Source: the human T2T-CHM13v2.0 reference genome, Homo sapiens. From it: DNA of 64,000 nucleotides. The DNA lies in NCBI RefSeq assembly GCF_009914755.1, contig NC_060941.1. One strand, 5' to 3'. Below are positions 61,801 to 64,000 of this stretch, in pieces. The translations under genes were made by a program, and so were the position numbers. The notes beneath the pieces are model-generated. The model worked only from the letters and a program-made list of their open reading frames with translations, made no database searches and was not told the DNA's origin. Numbering within the stretch: the first letter of the stretch is position 1; each line of letters begins with the position of its first letter.

Positions 61801-62799
61801 TTTTCAAAGTTGCAAATAGATGGGGATCCTGCACAGAACAGCAGACTGTGAAGATCCAGGACACAGGAAAATCACTACATCTGCCATCAAGCAAGCACTG
61901 GTATTAATGACACACGGATAGACAGGTCCATGCTGAGGGTGATGTGGGTACTTGAGCCTGGGGGAGGCAGGGAGCAACCACATCTGACTCAGTTTCCTCC
62001 TACAAGGGGAACACCAAGATTCCACGGAATCAACAGGGTGGAAGCAGAGCCCGGCCCCAACGGCATTGCAATCTCCAAATGAGACTAGATCAGGTTTGGT
62101 TCTCCAGCAACTATGATTAATATCAACTCATGGTGGACAGTTTGACCTACCTCATACCCTGAAGCAAACACCAGGCACACCACTCCCCACAGCAGGGTTT
62201 CTCTTACACTTCCCTCCTCACTGGGGGTCCCATGTATAGCGCCTTCCTGCTCCCCATCCCCAGGGTCCTGGACTCCAGAGAGGCTGGAGGAATTGGGGAC
62301 TCATGGCTGTGGGCCTCAGCAGGGCCTGGGCAGGAAGGTGAAGCACGGATTTCAGGTGAATAAACAAAGGAGAAGACATAACAAGGGAGGCTCGGAATCT
62401 CTGGCCACCGGGAGTCCAGGAGCAGAGAGGGGGAAGGTGAGAAGGAATGTGGCTAGAAAGCCAAGAGGAAAATACTGGGGGGAAGGAACCCACTGGGCAG
62501 GCCTTCATGCAGGCAGAGGAGATGTGAGTTCTTGGAATGAAAGGCCAGTGCCACCACAAGACATATGCTGCTCTGAACAGGTGCAGTGACCCCACGGAAA
62601 CGCCTGTGGGATGAGGTCTCCAGCTTTGCAGAGCCACCGGGCTTGTGGGGGCGAACTGAGATGAGACCTTTCATAACACCCTTTCACCACCCTGGTGAGA
62701 GTCACCCTAACAGGACCAATCCAGGCCTTATGGGCTACTCTTACAAGTAAGTCATATGTGGCAGAGACTTCTAGGCATCTACTCAATATCCATTCCTCG

Positions 62800-63215
62800 T
62801 TTTTTTATGAGTGGGACACTGGGCATTGTACCCAGTTGATGAGTCAATTTCTCAACCTCCCTTGCAGAATGTGTTAGGTGCAACCCCCCTCACCTCCTTC
62901 TTTCTGTTAACTGGAATGTGGACATGATGGCCAGCACTCCAGCAGCCATCCTAGACCAAGAAGCAACCTTGAAGATGGTGACTTTTGCCAAGGATGGTGG
63001 AGTGGAAAGATGAGGGAAGGCTGGTCCAGGATGTTCATGGGGCCACCATGCCAATGCTGGCCTGCCTTCATACAGATTGTGTGTGTGTATGTGTGTGTGT
63101 GTGGTGTGTGTGTCTGTGTGTCTGTGTGTAAAAGAAAAATAGCCCCTGAGAGTTTAAGGCATAGTTGTTTGGGGCTTTCTGCTATAGGCAGCCAGCTCAG
63201 TCCTAACTGATCACA
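62800..63215. mobile_element. MLT1-type MaLR LTR remnant with internal (TG)n
   Basis: ggaatgtggacatgatggccagcactccagcagccatc...cctaactga. Confidence 0.6.
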
Positions 63216-64000
63216 CCGTGTGGTTTCTGGAACACCTGCCTCTACTCTTTTCCCTAAACCTCCCCCACCTACTAGTCAATGATGTTTGACATCCTTCAAG
63301 AGGTCTAACCTTTCATTCCATAACCAGAGACAAAAAGTATAAAATCCAAATGTCTGTGATCAGTAATGTCCCCAGAGAAATGTAACACCACTGAAGAACA
63401 TTCTGAATTCACCTGCCACCCGCTGATAAGCAAAACTGACCTAACCCAGGTTTGTTCCCCATTTGATAGGAAGTCAAAGGGTATGAAGCCATATTAAGCA
63501 ACCCAAAGGGAAAGGGGCAGGAGAAATTCCCCAAGGGGGAGAGCGTTTATAAAAAGACAGCCTGGGCAACCCAGGGTCATGCAGCCATCTGTCAGTGCCT
63601 CTTGGTAGAAACACAGCTTTATGCAAATGTGAAAAGGATGGGATATGACTTTTGGTATCAAAGAGATATGGGTTCAAGTGGTAGAGCTCTTGTCAGCTAT
63701 GTGACCTGGGGCAAGTTACATAAATGTCGAGCCTTCAGTTTCAGCATCTGAAAAATGGGAATAATAGTAACTACCCAGGGAGGTGTTCTGAGGGTTAGAT
63801 GGGACCAACCTATGACGGTGCTTCATATGCCATAAGCAACCCTGGCATCATTGCTGTCCTCCTCGTCATCATCATCAACGATAATTATAATCCTGCTTTT
63901 GACCAGGAGGCTCAGAGAGTCTAAGGAACTTGTCCAAGGTCATTAACTAATAAGTGACGAAGTGTAGGTCTCTGTCATACAAGGGTTCGTGTTCCCTCTT

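Overview
Primate genomic DNA, almost certainly human and matching the chr17p13.1 PI3K-gamma regulatory-subunit locus. It carries two tandem paralogous genes, both on the minus strand. The first is the 3' part of PIK3R5 (p101): 14 coding exons at 58815->45795, with a 3'UTR ending at AATAAA 44089-44094. About 11 kb downstream lies the 5' part of PIK3R6 (p84/p87PIKAP): a probable non-coding first exon at ~32685-32830, the ATG exon at 13981-14084, and five further coding exons down to 748. All coding exon boundaries were read as GT/AG with consistent phases; exon numbers and family names come from recall, not a search. The rest is repeats: 24 Alus, old L1/L2/MIR, several LTRs and DNA transposons, a GC-rich 33-bp VNTR and an AT-rich 30-bp minisatellite. 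Most of the supplied ORF track is repeat-derived noise. I found no convincing new multi-gene system. The best leads are testable hypotheses: (1) a stop-free in-frame PIK3R5 exon18->PIK3R6 exon2 readthrough fusion; (2) a fully open PIK3R6 5'UTR with a CUG start and an acceptor-like site; (3) a retrocopied mRNA 3' end nested in a solo ERV1 LTR; (4) an Alu-flanked, in-frame exon 7-10 circle of PIK3R5; (5) a small retroposed 5S rRNA fragment.
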